DNA of 64,000 nt, from contig CAWFDF010000014.1 of the NCBI GenBank assembly GCA_963814585.1, forward strand, positions 416,001 to 480,000, in the 5' to 3' direction. Under the pieces are notes generated by a model. It saw nothing but the letters and a program-made list of their open reading frames with translations. It was not told where the DNA came from and did not search any database. Each line of letters starts with the position of its first letter. The stretch's first letter is position 1. The position numbers were made by a program, and so were the translations under genes. Below are positions 32,282-42,677 of this stretch, in pieces. The stretch is from an uncultured delta proteobacterium (GTDB taxonomy: Bacteria; Myxococcota; Myxococcia; Myxococcales; Anaeromyxobacteraceae).

Positions 32282-32900
32282 GCGAGGCGGCCCAGCAGGC
32301 TCCGGCCCGGAGCCTGGCCACCAGGTCCGCCTCTCCGGCGACCGGCTCCCGGAACAGGGTCGCCGCCGTCCCCAGCTCGTCGAGCGAGGCCAGCGCCCCG
32401 GACCCGCCGACGCAAGGGAGCCCGAGGTGATCGGCCGCCTCGACCGCGAGGTCGTTGGCCCGGCCTGGGCTGCGGCCGTGCAGCCCCTCGACCGCCGCGA
32501 GCCCGTCGAGCGTGAAGACGGCGTCTCCGGAGACGCCGGTCAGCGCCTTGTCATAGGGGTGTGCCGCCACCGCGACGCCGCCCAGCGAGGCCACCCGGGC
32601 CAGCGCGGCCTGGGCCGGTCGCGGCAGGCCGCCGAAGAGCCCGACGAGCGGGGCCAGCCGCCCCGGCGCGTCGAAGAAGCACAGGTAGCGGCCGTGGTCG
32701 GTGGCCAGCTCCACCCCCACCAGCGCCAGCACGCCGGTCACCCGGGCGGCCTCGCGCACCTCTGGCAGCGCGTCCAGCGAGTCGAGATCGGTGAAGGCCA
32801 CCCCGTCGAGGCCGATCGCCCGGGCCCGGGCCAGCGCGTCGAGCGGCCGGATCGCGCCTCCCGGCGTCGCCGGGGTGTGGACGTGCAGATCGATGAGCAT
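32181..32900 (-). CDS. PHP-domain protein (degenerate metal site)
   Basis: [27 protein letters not shown]; 3' end overlaps the convergent gene. Confidence 0.8.
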   Translation of the reverse strand: MLIDLHVHTPATPGGAIRPLDALARARAIGLDGVAFTDLDSLDALPEVREAARVTGVLALVGVELATDHGRYLCFFDAPGRLAPLVGLFGGLPRPAQAALARVASLGGVAVAAHPYDKALTGVSGDAVFTLDGLAAVEGLHGRSPGRANDLAVEAADHLGLPCVGGSGALASLDELGTAATLFREPVAGEADLVARLRAGACWAASLSAPSEAASRPGTRLDASRPARSTPRSRPAGRS

Positions 32901-32912
32901 GGAATGGCTATT

Positions 32913-32941
32913 TTGACACACCCCCACCCGATGGGGATACT
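32913..32941 (+). promoter_or_regulatory. sigma70 promoter for the 64-aa gene and truD (probably leaderless)
   Basis: TTGACA-N17-GATACT, 6 nt before the GTG at 32948. Confidence 0.7.
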
Positions 32942-32947
32942 CGCCGC

Positions 32948-33142
32948 GTGACCTTCACCGGCGTCAAGGTCTTCTCCGCCACCAAGGCCAGGGAACGCGA
33001 GGAGCTGGGCGAGACCATCACCCGGTGGCTCCGCGCCAATGCGGACCTCGAGGTGGTCGACAAGGTGGTATCCCAGTCCTCGGACGACGAGTTCCACTGC
33101 CTCTCCTTCGTCTTCTTCTACCGGCAGCGGCCCCGAGCCTGA
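32948..33142 (+). CDS. 64-aa hypothetical protein
   Basis: FTGVKVFSATKAREREELGETITRWL...VSQSSDDEFHCLSFVFFY; strong promoter and typical codon usage. Confidence 0.8.
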   Translation: MTFTGVKVFSATKAREREELGETITRWLRANADLEVVDKVVSQSSDDEFHCLSFVFFYRQRPRA

Positions 33143-33177
33143 GCGCGACGCGCCCGGGTGGTGACCCGGAGTGAACC

Positions 33178-34546
33178 ATGCGTCTCAAGCAGCGCCCCGA
33201 AGACTTCGTCGTCACCGAGTCCTGGCGGTTCGACGACGACCCGCAGGGCGCCTGGCGCGTCTACCTGATGGACAAGCAGAAGCTCACCACCTTCGAGGCG
33301 GTGGAGCGGATCTGCTCGCGCTTCAAGGTGCCGCGCGCCGACGTCAGCTACTGCGGCCTCAAGGACAAGCAGGGCCGGACCACCCAGCTGGTGGCGGTCA
33401 AGGGCCGCGAGGTCGAGCTGCAGGACGCCGACCTGCGCCTCAAGCTCATGGGCCGATCGCGCCAGGCGCTCTCGGCCCGCAACACCACGTCCAACCGCTT
33501 CGCGGTGACGGTGCGTGACCTCTCCGGCGAGGACGTCGGCCGGCTGCCGGCCGCGGTGGCCGAGGTCCACCGGCTCGGGGTGGTGAACTACTTCGACTCC
33601 CAGCGCTTCGGGCCGCTCAAGCACGGCCAGGGGTTCATCGTGAAGGAGCTGATGCGCGGCGACTTCGAGACCGCGCTCAAGAACGTCATCGCCCACCCCA
33701 GCGAGCTCGACGCCTCCGGAGACGCCAGGGTGAAGCAGTTCTGGAAGGAGAACTGGGGGGACTGGGCCCGGCGCAATCCCCACCCCGGCGCCGAGAAGTA
33801 CGAGGCGGTCGTCAAGTGGCTCAAGAAGAGCCCGACCGACTTCCGCGGCGCGCTGCTCCGGACCGAGCCGCGCTGGCGGGCGCTGCAGGTCTTCACCTAC
33901 CAGTCGTGGCTCTGGAACGAGGGGGTGCGCCAGTTCCTGCGCGACGTGGTGGGCATCCAGCGGCTGGTGTCGATCCGCTACCAGGCCGGATCGCTGGTCT
34001 TCCCCCGCGAGCTGGACGGCGAGACGGCGCGCCGCCTCGACCGGATGACCTTCCCGCTGCTCGGCCCCGACTCGACCTTCACCGACCCGCAGGTCGAGAA
34101 GGCGGCGCTGGCGCCGCTCCGGCGGGAGGACATGACGCTGGCCTCGCTGGCGGTCCCCGGCACCCCGGAGATCCACTTCGACCACGAGGAGCGGCCCCTG
34201 CTGGTCTTCCCGGGCCGGCTCACGGTGGGCGACGCCCGTCCCGACGAGCTCAACGACGGCCGCCTCAAGGTGAACGTCGCCTTCACGCTGGCGCCGGGGT
34301 CCTACGCCACGCTGGTGGTGAAGCGACTCTTCTGGTGGACGCTGGAGCCGGGGGCCCGCAAGAAGGAGGAGGCCGCCGAGAAGGCGCTGGCCGCCATCCC
34401 CCGCCCCAGGAAGACGCCGCAGCAGATGCACGCCGAGCGCAAGGAGACCGGCTTCCTCGCCCGCAAGAAGGCCGCCAAGGCGGCCAGGGCGGCCGCGAGG
34501 GAGGCCGCGGCGGCGCGGACCGAGGCCGAAGGCGAAGCAGCGCTGA
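33178..34546 (+). CDS. truD: tRNA pseudouridine(13) synthase TruD; natural stop probably TGA at 34544 after a +1 slip
   Basis: KQRPEDFVVTE, catalytic GLKDK, NRFAVTVR, NYFDSQRFG, YQSWLWN, FTLAPGSYAT; the ORF as given runs to 34914, into the convergent gene. Confidence 0.9.
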
Positions 34547-34659
34547 CCCGGCCCCGGGTGGGCACCGGGGCGGGGGGCCTCCCCTGGCCCGCCGTCCGGC
34601 TCGAAGCTGCGGGACGAGATGCCGAGCCCTCGCGGCCCGCCTCGGGCGCCCTGGCCGGC

Positions 34660-35157
34660 TCAGGCCGGCGCCGACGCCTGCGGCCGCGCCATCGATCGGG
34701 CGAACTCCTCGCCGGCTCGCCGCATCTCGGCGTCGGTCATGTCCTTCTGGTGCGTGGCGAAGGACCACTGGTAGCCGTACGGGTCGGAGACCCCGCTGCA
34801 GCGGTCGCCCCAGAACATGTCGGCCGGCTCCATGGTCGACTTCGCCCCGGCGCCCATGGCCCGACGGTAGGCGGCGTCGCAGTCCTCGACGTGGAGCCAG
34901 AGCGTGACCGGTGACGGGTTCGACTCCGTCGGCGCCGGCCGGCTCATCCCGGGCATCTCGTCGCCCAGGTAGATGACCGAGTCCCCGATGCGCAGCTCGG
35001 CGTGCCAGAGGCTCTTCCCGTCGGGCGCCATCATCCGGGTGACCTCCTTCGCGCCCAGGGCCCTCTTGTAGAACTCGATCGCCTTCACGCCGTCGCGGAG
35101 CACCAGGCCCGGCGTCAGCGTGTGCGCCCCCTTCGGAATCGGATTCACTCGTGCCAT
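34660..35157 (-). CDS. VOC family protein (PhnB-like glyoxalase)
   Basis: IPKGAHTLTP.L, AIEFYKRALGA, HAELRIGDS, DMFWGDR, DPYGYQW. Confidence 0.92.
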   Translation of the reverse strand: MARVNPIPKGAHTLTPGLVLRDGVKAIEFYKRALGAKEVTRMMAPDGKSLWHAELRIGDSVIYLGDEMPGMSRPAPTESNPSPVTLWLHVEDCDAAYRRAMGAGAKSTMEPADMFWGDRCSGVSDPYGYQWSFATHQKDMTDAEMRRAGEEFARSMARPQASAPA

Positions 35158-35267
35158 GTGGACCTCCTCGATCCAGCTTCGCGAGCGGAGGTCCTAGCCA
35201 GGGGGGCGGGCCAGGATCGACGCCGAGACGGGTTGAAAGCGGGAGTTTGTGGGGCGCGGCGCCTGCG

Positions 35268-36038
35268 CTAGATGCCCAGCCTCGCGGCCAGCGCGTCGGC
35301 GAGGTCCGGGGCGGTGTGGCGCACCGGCACCACCCCGGCCGTGAACCCGGCGGCGCGCAACGCCTCGGCGGTGGTCGGTCCGATGGCGCCGAGCAGCGTG
35401 CCGGCCAGGCGCGCTGCCTCGGCCCCCAGCCCGGCCACCACCCCCTGCACCGCCGACGGCGAGGCGAAGGTGACGGCGTCCACCCGCCCCTGCTGGAGCA
35501 GGTGACCAAGCGCAGCGAGCGAGCCGGGGGCGGCCGGCAGGGTCCGGTAGGCGACGGGGGCCACCAGCTCGGCCCCCGCGGCGCGCAGCCCCTCCCCCAG
35601 CTCGGGCCTGGTCTCGGCGGCTCGCGGGACCAGCACCGCCCGGCCGCGCACGTGGGGCGCCAGCGCGGCGGCCAGCGCGGCGCCGGTCGCCTCGGCCGGC
35701 ATGAGATCGGGGGCGCGCACCAGGGCCTCGAGCCGCGCGGCGGTGGCCGGCCCGACGCAGGCGAGGCGCCGGTCGGCGAGGAGGCCTCGCGCCAGGCCGA
35801 GCGCGTCGAGCCGCCGGACCGTCTCCTCCGCCGCATGGGCGCTGGCGAAGGCCACCCACTCGAACCGCTGCAGGTCCCGGAGCGCGGCGTCGAGCGGGCC
35901 GAAGTCCTCGGCGTCGGCCAGCGCGATGGCCGGGAACTCCAGCACCTCGGCGCCGAGCTGCCGCAGCCTCGCCGAGAGCGTGTCGTCGGTCCCAGCGCCG
36001 CGGGTTACCACCACGGTCCGGCCGGCAAGTGGTCCCAT
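35268..36038 (-). CDS. hemD: Uroporphyrinogen-III synthase
   Basis: PLAGRTVVVTR, CVGPATA, AYRT, FASPSAV, AIGPTT; downstream of hemC. Confidence 0.92.
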   Translation of the reverse strand: MGPLAGRTVVVTRGAGTDDTLSARLRQLGAEVLEFPAIALADAEDFGPLDAALRDLQRFEWVAFASAHAAEETVRRLDALGLARGLLADRRLACVGPATAARLEALVRAPDLMPAEATGAALAAALAPHVRGRAVLVPRAAETRPELGEGLRAAGAELVAPVAYRTLPAAPGSLAALGHLLQQGRVDAVTFASPSAVQGVVAGLGAEAARLAGTLLGAIGPTTAEALRAAGFTAGVVPVRHTAPDLADALAARLGI

Positions 36039-36092
36039 TAGTGCCCCGTCCCTGGCAGGATGCCGGACCGTGGGCGCCGAGACGGCATCGGC

Positions 36093-37040
36093 CTACTTCC
36101 GGACCGGCGCGCCGAGGCCGACGGTGTGCCCCTCGGCCTCCTTGAGGATCTCGCCGGCGCCGTGGCCGAGCAGCTCGACCGCCAGCGCGTCACCCAGGGC
36201 GCGCGCCTCCTCCACCGGCCCCCGCCGCTCGCCGCGGATGATGCGGGTGCCGTCGACCGAGGCCACCAGGGCCCGCAGGTGGACCTGGCCGTTGGCGACG
36301 GTGGCGTGGCCGGCGATGGGCACCTGGCAGCCGCCCTCGATGCGGGCCAGGAAGCCGCGCTCCGCCTCGACCCGGTAGCGGGTCTCGACGTCGTCGAGTC
36401 GCGCCAGCCGCGCCAGCGTGGCCTGGTCGTCGGCGCGGGCCTCCAGCGCCAGCGCACCCTGGGCCACAGCGGGCAGCATCTCCTCCGGCGAGAAGACCTG
36501 CGTGGCGTGCTGGGCCAGCCCGAGCCGGCGCAGGCCGGCGTAGGCGAGGACCACCGCATCGAGCCCCCGCGAGGCCTTGTCGAGCCGGGTCTGGACGTTG
36601 CCGCGCACCACCTCCATGTGCAGGTCGGGGCGGACCGCCTTGAGCTGGGCCGAGCGCCGCAGCGAGGAGGTGCCGACGCGGGCTCCCGGCGGCAACCGAT
36701 CCAGCGTCTTCCAGCGCGGCGAGCAGAGCGCGTCGCGCGGGTCCTCCCGCACCGGGATGGCGGCCACCACCAGGCCCGGGGCGACGATGGCCGGCAGGTC
36801 CTTCATGGAGTGGACGGCGATCTGGGCGTCGCCGGCGAGCAGGGCGTCCTCGATCTCCTTGACGAAGAGCCCCTTGCCGCCCACCTGGGCCAGGGGCACC
36901 TCGAGGATCTTGTCGCCGCGGGTCATCAGCTCGTGGAGCTCGACCTGCAGGCCCGGCTCGAGGGCGCGCAGCAGGTCGGCGACGTGGTGGGCCTGCCACT
37001 TGGCCAGCGGGCTCTTGCGGGTGGCGATGCGGATGGTCAC
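36093..37040 (-). CDS. hemC: Hydroxymethylbilane synthase
   Basis: [52 protein letters not shown]. Confidence 0.97.
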   Translation of the reverse strand: MTIRIATRKSPLAKWQAHHVADLLRALEPGLQVELHELMTRGDKILEVPLAQVGGKGLFVKEIEDALLAGDAQIAVHSMKDLPAIVAPGLVVAAIPVREDPRDALCSPRWKTLDRLPPGARVGTSSLRRSAQLKAVRPDLHMEVVRGNVQTRLDKASRGLDAVVLAYAGLRRLGLAQHATQVFSPEEMLPAVAQGALALEARADDQATLARLARLDDVETRYRVEAERGFLARIEGGCQVPIAGHATVANGQVHLRALVASVDGTRIIRGERRGPVEEARALGDALAVELLGHGAGEILKEAEGHTVGLGAPVRK

Positions 37041-38360
37041 GCGTTGTCCTTCTTCGGTGAGGGGACGGTCGGGCCCGCCGGCGGGGTGCCGCGGCGACCG
37101 GGGCGATGGGCCTGATCGAGGCCGAACAGCTCGGCGACGGCGCCGGCCAGCGCGCTCTCGCCGGACGAGGCGGAGGCCTTGAGCTTGACGGTGGGGAGGT
37201 GGAGCAGCTTGTTGACGATGGCCTGCGCCATGGCCTCGATGGAGGCCCGGGCCCGCTCGTCGAGCGCGTCGCCGGCCCTCTGCAGCGTGCGCTCCGCCTC
37301 GTCCCTGGCGATGGCCTCGGCCCGCTGGCGCAGCGTCACCAGCACGGGCAGCGCGGCGCGAGTCTCCCGCTCGCGCGTGAAGGCGATGACCTCGGCCTCG
37401 ACGATGGCCTCGGCGCTCAGGGCCTCGCCCTGCCGCGCCTGGTGGTTGGCGCTCACCACCTTCTGCATGTCGTCGACGTCGTAGCCGAAGACGTCCTCGA
37501 GCTCGGCGCAGGCCGGGTCGACGTTGCGCGGCACGGCCAGATCGATGAGGCAGAGGTTGCGGTGGCGCCGCCTCCGCCTGGCGGCGCGGACCATGTCGGC
37601 GGTCACGACGTAGCTGGGAGCGCCGGTGGAGACGATCACCACGTCGGCCTCCACCAGCAGCTGTTCCAGCTCGGCCCAGGGGCGGAACACGCCCTCCACC
37701 TGGTCGGCCAGCTGCTGGCCGCGCTCCGGCGAGCGGTTGGTGACCAGCACCCGATCGACGCCCAGCACCCGCAGGGCCTTGGCGGAGAGCGCGCCCATCT
37801 TCCCGGCACCCACCAGCAGGATCGACCGGCCCTTGAGGTTCCCGAAGATCTTCTCGACCAGCTCGACCGCCACCTGCGACATCGAGGTGGCGCCGCGCCC
37901 GATGCCGGTCTCGGTCCGGACCCGCTTGGCGGTGGCGAAGGCCCGGTTGCAGAGGCGCGACATGTAGCCGCCGGCCGCCTGCACTCCGCTGGCCAGCCCG
38001 TAGGCCTCCTTCACCTGCCCGAGGATCTGCTGCTCGCCCACCACCATCGAGTCGAGGCTGGCGGCGACGCGGAAGAGGTGGCGGACGGCCTCGGCTCCCT
38101 CCTTGACGTAGAGGTGGTCGCCGGGCCTGCTCGGCCCGGCTGGTGAAGAAGCCGCGCGCCGCCGCCTCGGCCTTGGCCTGGACGAAGACCTCGACGCGGT
38201 TGCAGGTGGAGACCACGAAGGCCTCCTCCACGCCCTCGCTGGCGCGCAGCTGCTGGAGCGCCGACTTCAGGTCCTCGCCGCTCAGGGCGACCCGCTCCCG
38301 CACCTCGATGGGCGCGCTCTTGTGCGAGAGGCCGACCAGGTAGAGTTGCCGGTCGGTCAC
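37037..38360 (-). CDS. hemA: Glutamyl-tRNA reductase (+1 frameshift near 38120)
   Basis: [20 protein letters not shown], then [36 protein letters not shown] in another frame; length 1324 = 3n+1. Confidence 0.95.
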
Positions 38361-39209
38361 TTCACGACCTCCGCACCGGGTCCCTTGTACTCGCCGGCGT
38401 GCATGGTGAGCCCCGGGACCGAGCGCAGGGTCACGATGGAGCCGGTGAGCAGGGTGAACCCGACCAGGGTGAGCAGGGCGTAGCGACGCCCGTGCCAGCC
38501 GAGGTGGCGCAGCTGGACCATGCCGCCGTAGAGCGCCCAGATGATCAGCGTGGAGACCTGCTGCGGGTCCCACGACCAGGCGCTCTTCCAGACCGATCGG
38601 GCGATCACCGCGCCGAGGATGCTGGCCACCGTGAAGGAGAGGAAGCCCAGCCGGACCAGGCGGCTGGTGAGCATGTCCAGCGAGTCGAGGGGCGGCAGGC
38701 GGGAGAAGAGCGCGCCAAACCGCTTCCCCTTCACCTCCCGCTCCTGCAGCAGGTACATGATGGCCACGCCGAAGGCCAGGCCGAAGAGCGCCACGCCCAG
38801 CGAGGCGGTCATGATGTGGAGGGTGATGGCCGGGTGCTTGAGCGCCTGGGGGGCCTCGCCGGGCGCGCCTCCCTCGCCGAAGAGCGTGGGGATGAGGATG
38901 ATGAGGGTGAGCGGCGTGACGAAGGCCCCCACCGACGGCAGGTGGTAGAAGCGCTGCACCAGCAGGTAGGTGCCGGCCAGCAGCACCGCCGTGAGCACGA
39001 AGCCGCCGCGCAGCGTGAACCACTCCAGCCCGCCGAACTCCTTGCAGGCCAGCCCGATGGCGGCCAGGTGCACCACCACCGCCGCCGGAGAGGAACCAGC
39101 TGCCGAACCGGGCTGCCAGGGTGTGGCGGGGACGGGCGAAGTAGAGCAGGTAGCCGGCGGCGGCCACGGCGTAGAGGCCGGCGGTGAAGCGGAGGAGTTC
39201 GAGGCTCAT
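38357..39209 (-). CDS. ccsA: CcsA/HemX-like cytochrome c assembly membrane protein (frameshift near 39085)
   Basis: Multiple TMs, [25 protein letters not shown]; directly upstream of hemA. Confidence 0.85.
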
Positions 39210-39270
39210 GGGTCGGTGTGTCCAGGGTGGCCCGCGCTGGCGCAGGCGTCGGCGCTTCCTCGCAGGTGGG

Positions 39271-39819
39271 TCAGGAGAGCTTGTCGAGCAGGAAGCGGGC
39301 CAGCTCCTCGGCCTCCTTGCGGCGGGCCTCGAGGCTGGCCGGGAGCGGGGCGGCGGGCCGCCTGGCGGCGGCCGGGGCGGCGGCCGCGGGTGCCGCGGCG
39401 ACGCGCGGCGCGACCGGGACGGCCGGCTCGGCGGGCCGGGCCGGCGCTGCCGGCCTGCCGGCATTGGCGGCGACGCGCGCCGGATTGGCCTTGGCGGTGG
39501 CGGCCGCCTGGAGCGCGCTCATCTCGGCGAGGAAGCCGGGCTCCACCTCGTAGGCCACGTCGCCGAGCACGACCGAGGCGTCGATGACCTCGGCCCCCAG
39601 CTCCTTCAGCTGGGCGACCGACTTCACCTTCTTGAGCAGCTGGTGGGGATCGGCCTCGGCGCCCAGGAGCGCCAGGAACCGGACCGCCGGCTCGAGCGCG
39701 TAGCTGCGGTCACGCCCCTCGCCGGAGAGCAACGTCATGACGTTGCCGACGAAGTCGATCCGGCCCTGGTCCGCCCAGGAGTCGATCATGGCTTGCGCGA
39801 CGAAGAGCAGCCCGGCCAT
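39271..39819 (-). CDS. Conserved-looking hypothetical protein
   Basis: AAGGA RBS; PAVRFL...DP..LL.KVK...L.ELGAE....SV.LGD.AY.VEPGF, Ala/Pro linker, C-terminal [11 protein letters not shown]. Confidence 0.75.
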   Translation of the reverse strand: MAGLLFVAQAMIDSWADQGRIDFVGNVMTLLSGEGRDRSYALEPAVRFLALLGAEADPHQLLKKVKSVAQLKELGAEVIDASVVLGDVAYEVEPGFLAEMSALQAAATAKANPARVAANAGRPAAPARPAEPAVPVAPRVAAAPAAAAPAAARRPAAPLPASLEARRKEAEELARFLLDKLS

Positions 39820-39950
39820 CCAGAGTCCTTCTCCGCCGGCGCCCAAGTCCGCGCCGGGAGTGGGAAATTACCATGCCCGCGCCGCGGCTTGCCAGCGCCG
39901 TTGGGGCCGAATACAAAGGGCCTCCACCCAGGTCCCTTCCCGGAGCGCCC

Positions 39951-40280
39951 ATGGCCTCGACCGACGTCGTCACCCTGCAGGACACCACCTTCGACGCAGA
40001 AGTCCTGAAGAGCGACGTGCCGGTCCTGGTGGACTTCTGGGCGGTCTGGTGTGGCCCCTGCAAGGCCATCGCCCCGGCGGTGGAGGACATCGCCCGCCGC
40101 TACAAGGGGAAGCTCAAGGTCGGCAAGATGGACGTGGACGAGCACCAGCAGGTGCCGCAGAACTTCGGCATTCGCTCCATCCCCACCCTCCTCATCTTCA
40201 AGGGCGGCCAGGTGGTCGGCACCATCGTCGGCGCCGACAAGGGCAAGCTCGAGGAGGCGGTGAAGAAGGTGGCGGGGTAG
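39951..40280 (+). CDS. trxA: Thioredoxin
   Basis: [22 protein letters not shown]. Confidence 0.97.
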   Translation: MASTDVVTLQDTTFDAEVLKSDVPVLVDFWAVWCGPCKAIAPAVEDIARRYKGKLKVGKMDVDEHQQVPQNFGIRSIPTLLIFKGGQVVGTIVGADKGKLEEAVKKVAG

Positions 40281-40283
40281 CGT

Positions 40284-41438
40284 TCAGGTGGCCGGCCGGG
40301 ACGCCGGCCACAGGATCCCGGCGTCCACGTCGCGGATGTCGGTCCGCCCGCAGAAGGCCATGGTCAGCTCCAGCTCCCGGTGGATGATCTCGAGGCAGCG
40401 GGTGACGCCGGCCTCGCCGAGCGCCCCCAGGCCGTACAGGTAGGGCCGGCCGATCAGCGTCCCCCTGGCCCCCAGCGCGACCGCCTTGAGCACGTCCTGA
40501 CCCGAGCGGATCCCGCCGTCCATCCAGATCTCGATGCGCGAGCCCACCGCCTCGGCGATGTCCGGCAGCGCGGCGATGGCCGACGGGGCCCCGTCGAGCT
40601 GCCGCCCGCCGTGGTTCGAGACCACCAGCGCGTCGGCGCCGCAGTCGGCGGCGATGCGGGCGTCCTCGACGTCCATGATGCCCTTGAGGATGAGCTTGCC
40701 GCCCCAGCGCGCCTTGATCCAGTCGAGGTCGGCCCAGGTGACCGTCGGATCGAACTGCTGGGAGGTCCAGGCGCTCAGCGAGCCCATGTCGCTGATGCCC
40801 TGGACGTGGCCCACCACGTTTCCGAAGCCGCGCCGCCTCGTGCCCAGCATGCCCAGCCCCCAGCGCGGCTTGGTGGCCAGGTCGAGGAGGTTGGCCAGCG
40901 TCGGCCTGGGCGGCGCCGAGAGGCCGTTCTTGATGTCCTTGTGGCGCTGGCCGAGGATGTGGACGTCGAGGGTGACCATCAGCGCGCCGCAGCGCGCCGC
41001 CTTGACCCGGTCGATGAGGCGCCCCATGAAGTCCCGGTCCCGCATCACGTAGAGCTGGAACCAGAACGGCGCGGTGGTGTGGGCGGCCACGTCCTCGATC
41101 GAGCAGATGCTCATGGTCGAGAGCGTGAAGGGGACGCCGAACTTCTCGCAGGCGCGCGCGGCCAGGATCTCGCCGTCGGCGTGGTACATGCCGGTGAGGC
41201 CGGTGGGCGCGATGGCCACCGGCATGGCCACGTCGACGCCCGCCATCCGGGCCCGCGTGCTCCGCTTCGAGATGTCGATGGCGACGCGCTGGCGCAGCAG
41301 GATCCGCTCGAAGTCGGCCTGGTTGGCGCGGTAGGTGCCCTCGGTCCACGAGCCGCTGTCGGCGTAGTCGTAGAACATGCGTGGCACGCGCCGCCTGGCG
41401 AGCAGGCGCAGGTCCTCGATGCAGGTGATGGCCGTCAT
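40284..41438 (-). CDS. lldD: FMN-dependent L-lactate / alpha-hydroxy-acid dehydrogenase
   Basis: RVPRMFYDYADSGSWTE, APTG, WFQLY, SNHGGRQLDG, DGGIRSG. Confidence 0.93.
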   Translation of the reverse strand: MTAITCIEDLRLLARRRVPRMFYDYADSGSWTEGTYRANQADFERILLRQRVAIDISKRSTRARMAGVDVAMPVAIAPTGLTGMYHADGEILAARACEKFGVPFTLSTMSICSIEDVAAHTTAPFWFQLYVMRDRDFMGRLIDRVKAARCGALMVTLDVHILGQRHKDIKNGLSAPPRPTLANLLDLATKPRWGLGMLGTRRRGFGNVVGHVQGISDMGSLSAWTSQQFDPTVTWADLDWIKARWGGKLILKGIMDVEDARIAADCGADALVVSNHGGRQLDGAPSAIAALPDIAEAVGSRIEIWMDGGIRSGQDVLKAVALGARGTLIGRPYLYGLGALGEAGVTRCLEIIHRELELTMAFCGRTDIRDVDAGILWPASRPAT

Positions 41439-41547
41439 GTCGGTCTCCCGAGCGGCCAAGGTACCAGCCGGGACCTCCCGGGTGAATGGCCCCGGGGGCG
41501 AGTCGCCCCGGGTGGCGGCCCGGCCGGGCCGTGGTTAGGAGGCACCC

Positions 41548-42159
41548 ATGCGCCTGTCCCCCGTGGCCACCGTCGCCGCCCTCGCCCTGGCTCTCGCGCC
41601 CCGGGCCACCCCGGCCGTGGAGGCCGGCCAGCCTGCCCCCGACTTCACCCTCCCCGATCTCGACGGCACGCCGGTTCGCCTCGCCGACCTGAAGGGGAAG
41701 GTCGTGGTGCTGGAGTGGTTCAACCCGGGCTGTCCCTACGTGGTGGCCGCGCACACCAGGGGCTCCCTCGTCGACGCGGCGTCCCGCGCCGCCAGGCAGG
41801 GTGTGGTCTGGCTGGCCATCAACTCCGGGGCGCCCGGCAGGCAGGGAGCCGGGGCGGAAGCCAACCGGGCTGCCCGGAAGGCCTGGAGGATGGAGCACCC
41901 CGTCCTGCTCGACGAGGCGGGCACGGTCGGCCGTGCCTACGGCGCCACCAACACGCCGCACCTGTTCGTCATCGACCCGTCGGGCCGGCTCGCCTACCGG
42001 GGAGCGGTCGACAACTCCCCCGATGGCGAGCGCGGTGCGCCCGAGGGCGGCACGCTGGTGGAGTACGCGGCGGCAGCGGTGGCCGACGTGCTGGCCGGCC
42101 GCCCCGTCCGGGTGACGTCCACGAAGGCCTACGGCTGCAGCGTGAAGTACGCCAGGTGA
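41548..42159 (+). CDS. Secreted redoxin (AhpC/TSA, thioredoxin-like)
   Basis: Signal peptide, GQPAPDFTL, WFNPGCPYV, YGATNTPH, YGCSVKY. Confidence 0.9.
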   Translation: MRLSPVATVAALALALAPRATPAVEAGQPAPDFTLPDLDGTPVRLADLKGKVVVLEWFNPGCPYVVAAHTRGSLVDAASRAARQGVVWLAINSGAPGRQGAGAEANRAARKAWRMEHPVLLDEAGTVGRAYGATNTPHLFVIDPSGRLAYRGAVDNSPDGERGAPEGGTLVEYAAAAVADVLAGRPVRVTSTKAYGCSVKYAR

Positions 42160-42677
42160 GGACCGGCAACCCACCGCGGCCAAGCCCCGCACGCCTCGCC
42201 CTGGTGGCCCTCCTTTCCGCCGTCGTGGCCCCGGGGGGAGCCGCCGCGGAGCCGGCGGCCGCCCGGGCCCCGGCGGCGCTGCCGGCCCGCGCCGAGGCCG
42301 AGGCCTGGTCGGTGGCGCTCGAGCTCCCGGCGGCGCTCCGCGCCGGGGAGCCGGCGCTGGCCAGGATCCGGCTCGCCGCCCGGTCCGGCCACCACGTCAA
42401 CCTGGAGTACCCGGCCTCCTTCCGGCCGGACGGTGCCGCCACCGCCGCCTTCGCCGGCCCGCGCGTGGGCCTGGCGGTGGCCGAGCGCCACCCCTGCGAG
42501 GGCCGTCGCGGCGAGACCTGCGAGGTGACGCTGGCGCTGCCGTTCACCCCGGGCGCCGCGCCCACGCGGATCTCGGGCCTGGTGTCCTTCAGCGTCTGCA
42601 CCGCCGACCGGTGCCTCATCGAGAAGGTGGCGCTGGCGGCCGAGGTCAGTTCACGAACCGCCGCATCGCCACGTTGA
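42156..42677 (+). CDS. Secreted protein resembling a DsbD N-terminal domain
   Basis: GTGA overlap; signal peptide; GHHVNLEYP and FSVCTADRCLIE. Confidence 0.65.
   Translation: MRTGNPPRPSPARLALVALLSAVVAPGGAAAEPAAARAPAALPARAEAEAWSVALELPAALRAGEPALARIRLAARSGHHVNLEYPASFRPDGAATAAFAGPRVGLAVAERHPCEGRRGETCEVTLALPFTPGAAPTRISGLVSFSVCTADRCLIEKVALAAEVSSRTAASPR

Noticed and set aside
34547..34914. TruD C-terminal extension overlapping the VOC gene by 255 nt
   Set aside because: A +1 frame gives a natural basic tail (RPKAKQR) and TGA at 34544; probably an indel
36093..39464. 1123-aa ORF joining the ccsA N-terminus, hemA N-terminus and hemC
   Set aside because: Frameshift artefact; the intervening segments are off-frame nonsense
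39951..42677. Selenoproteins among the redox genes
   Set aside because: Active-site positions are ordinary Cys codons with no in-frame TGA
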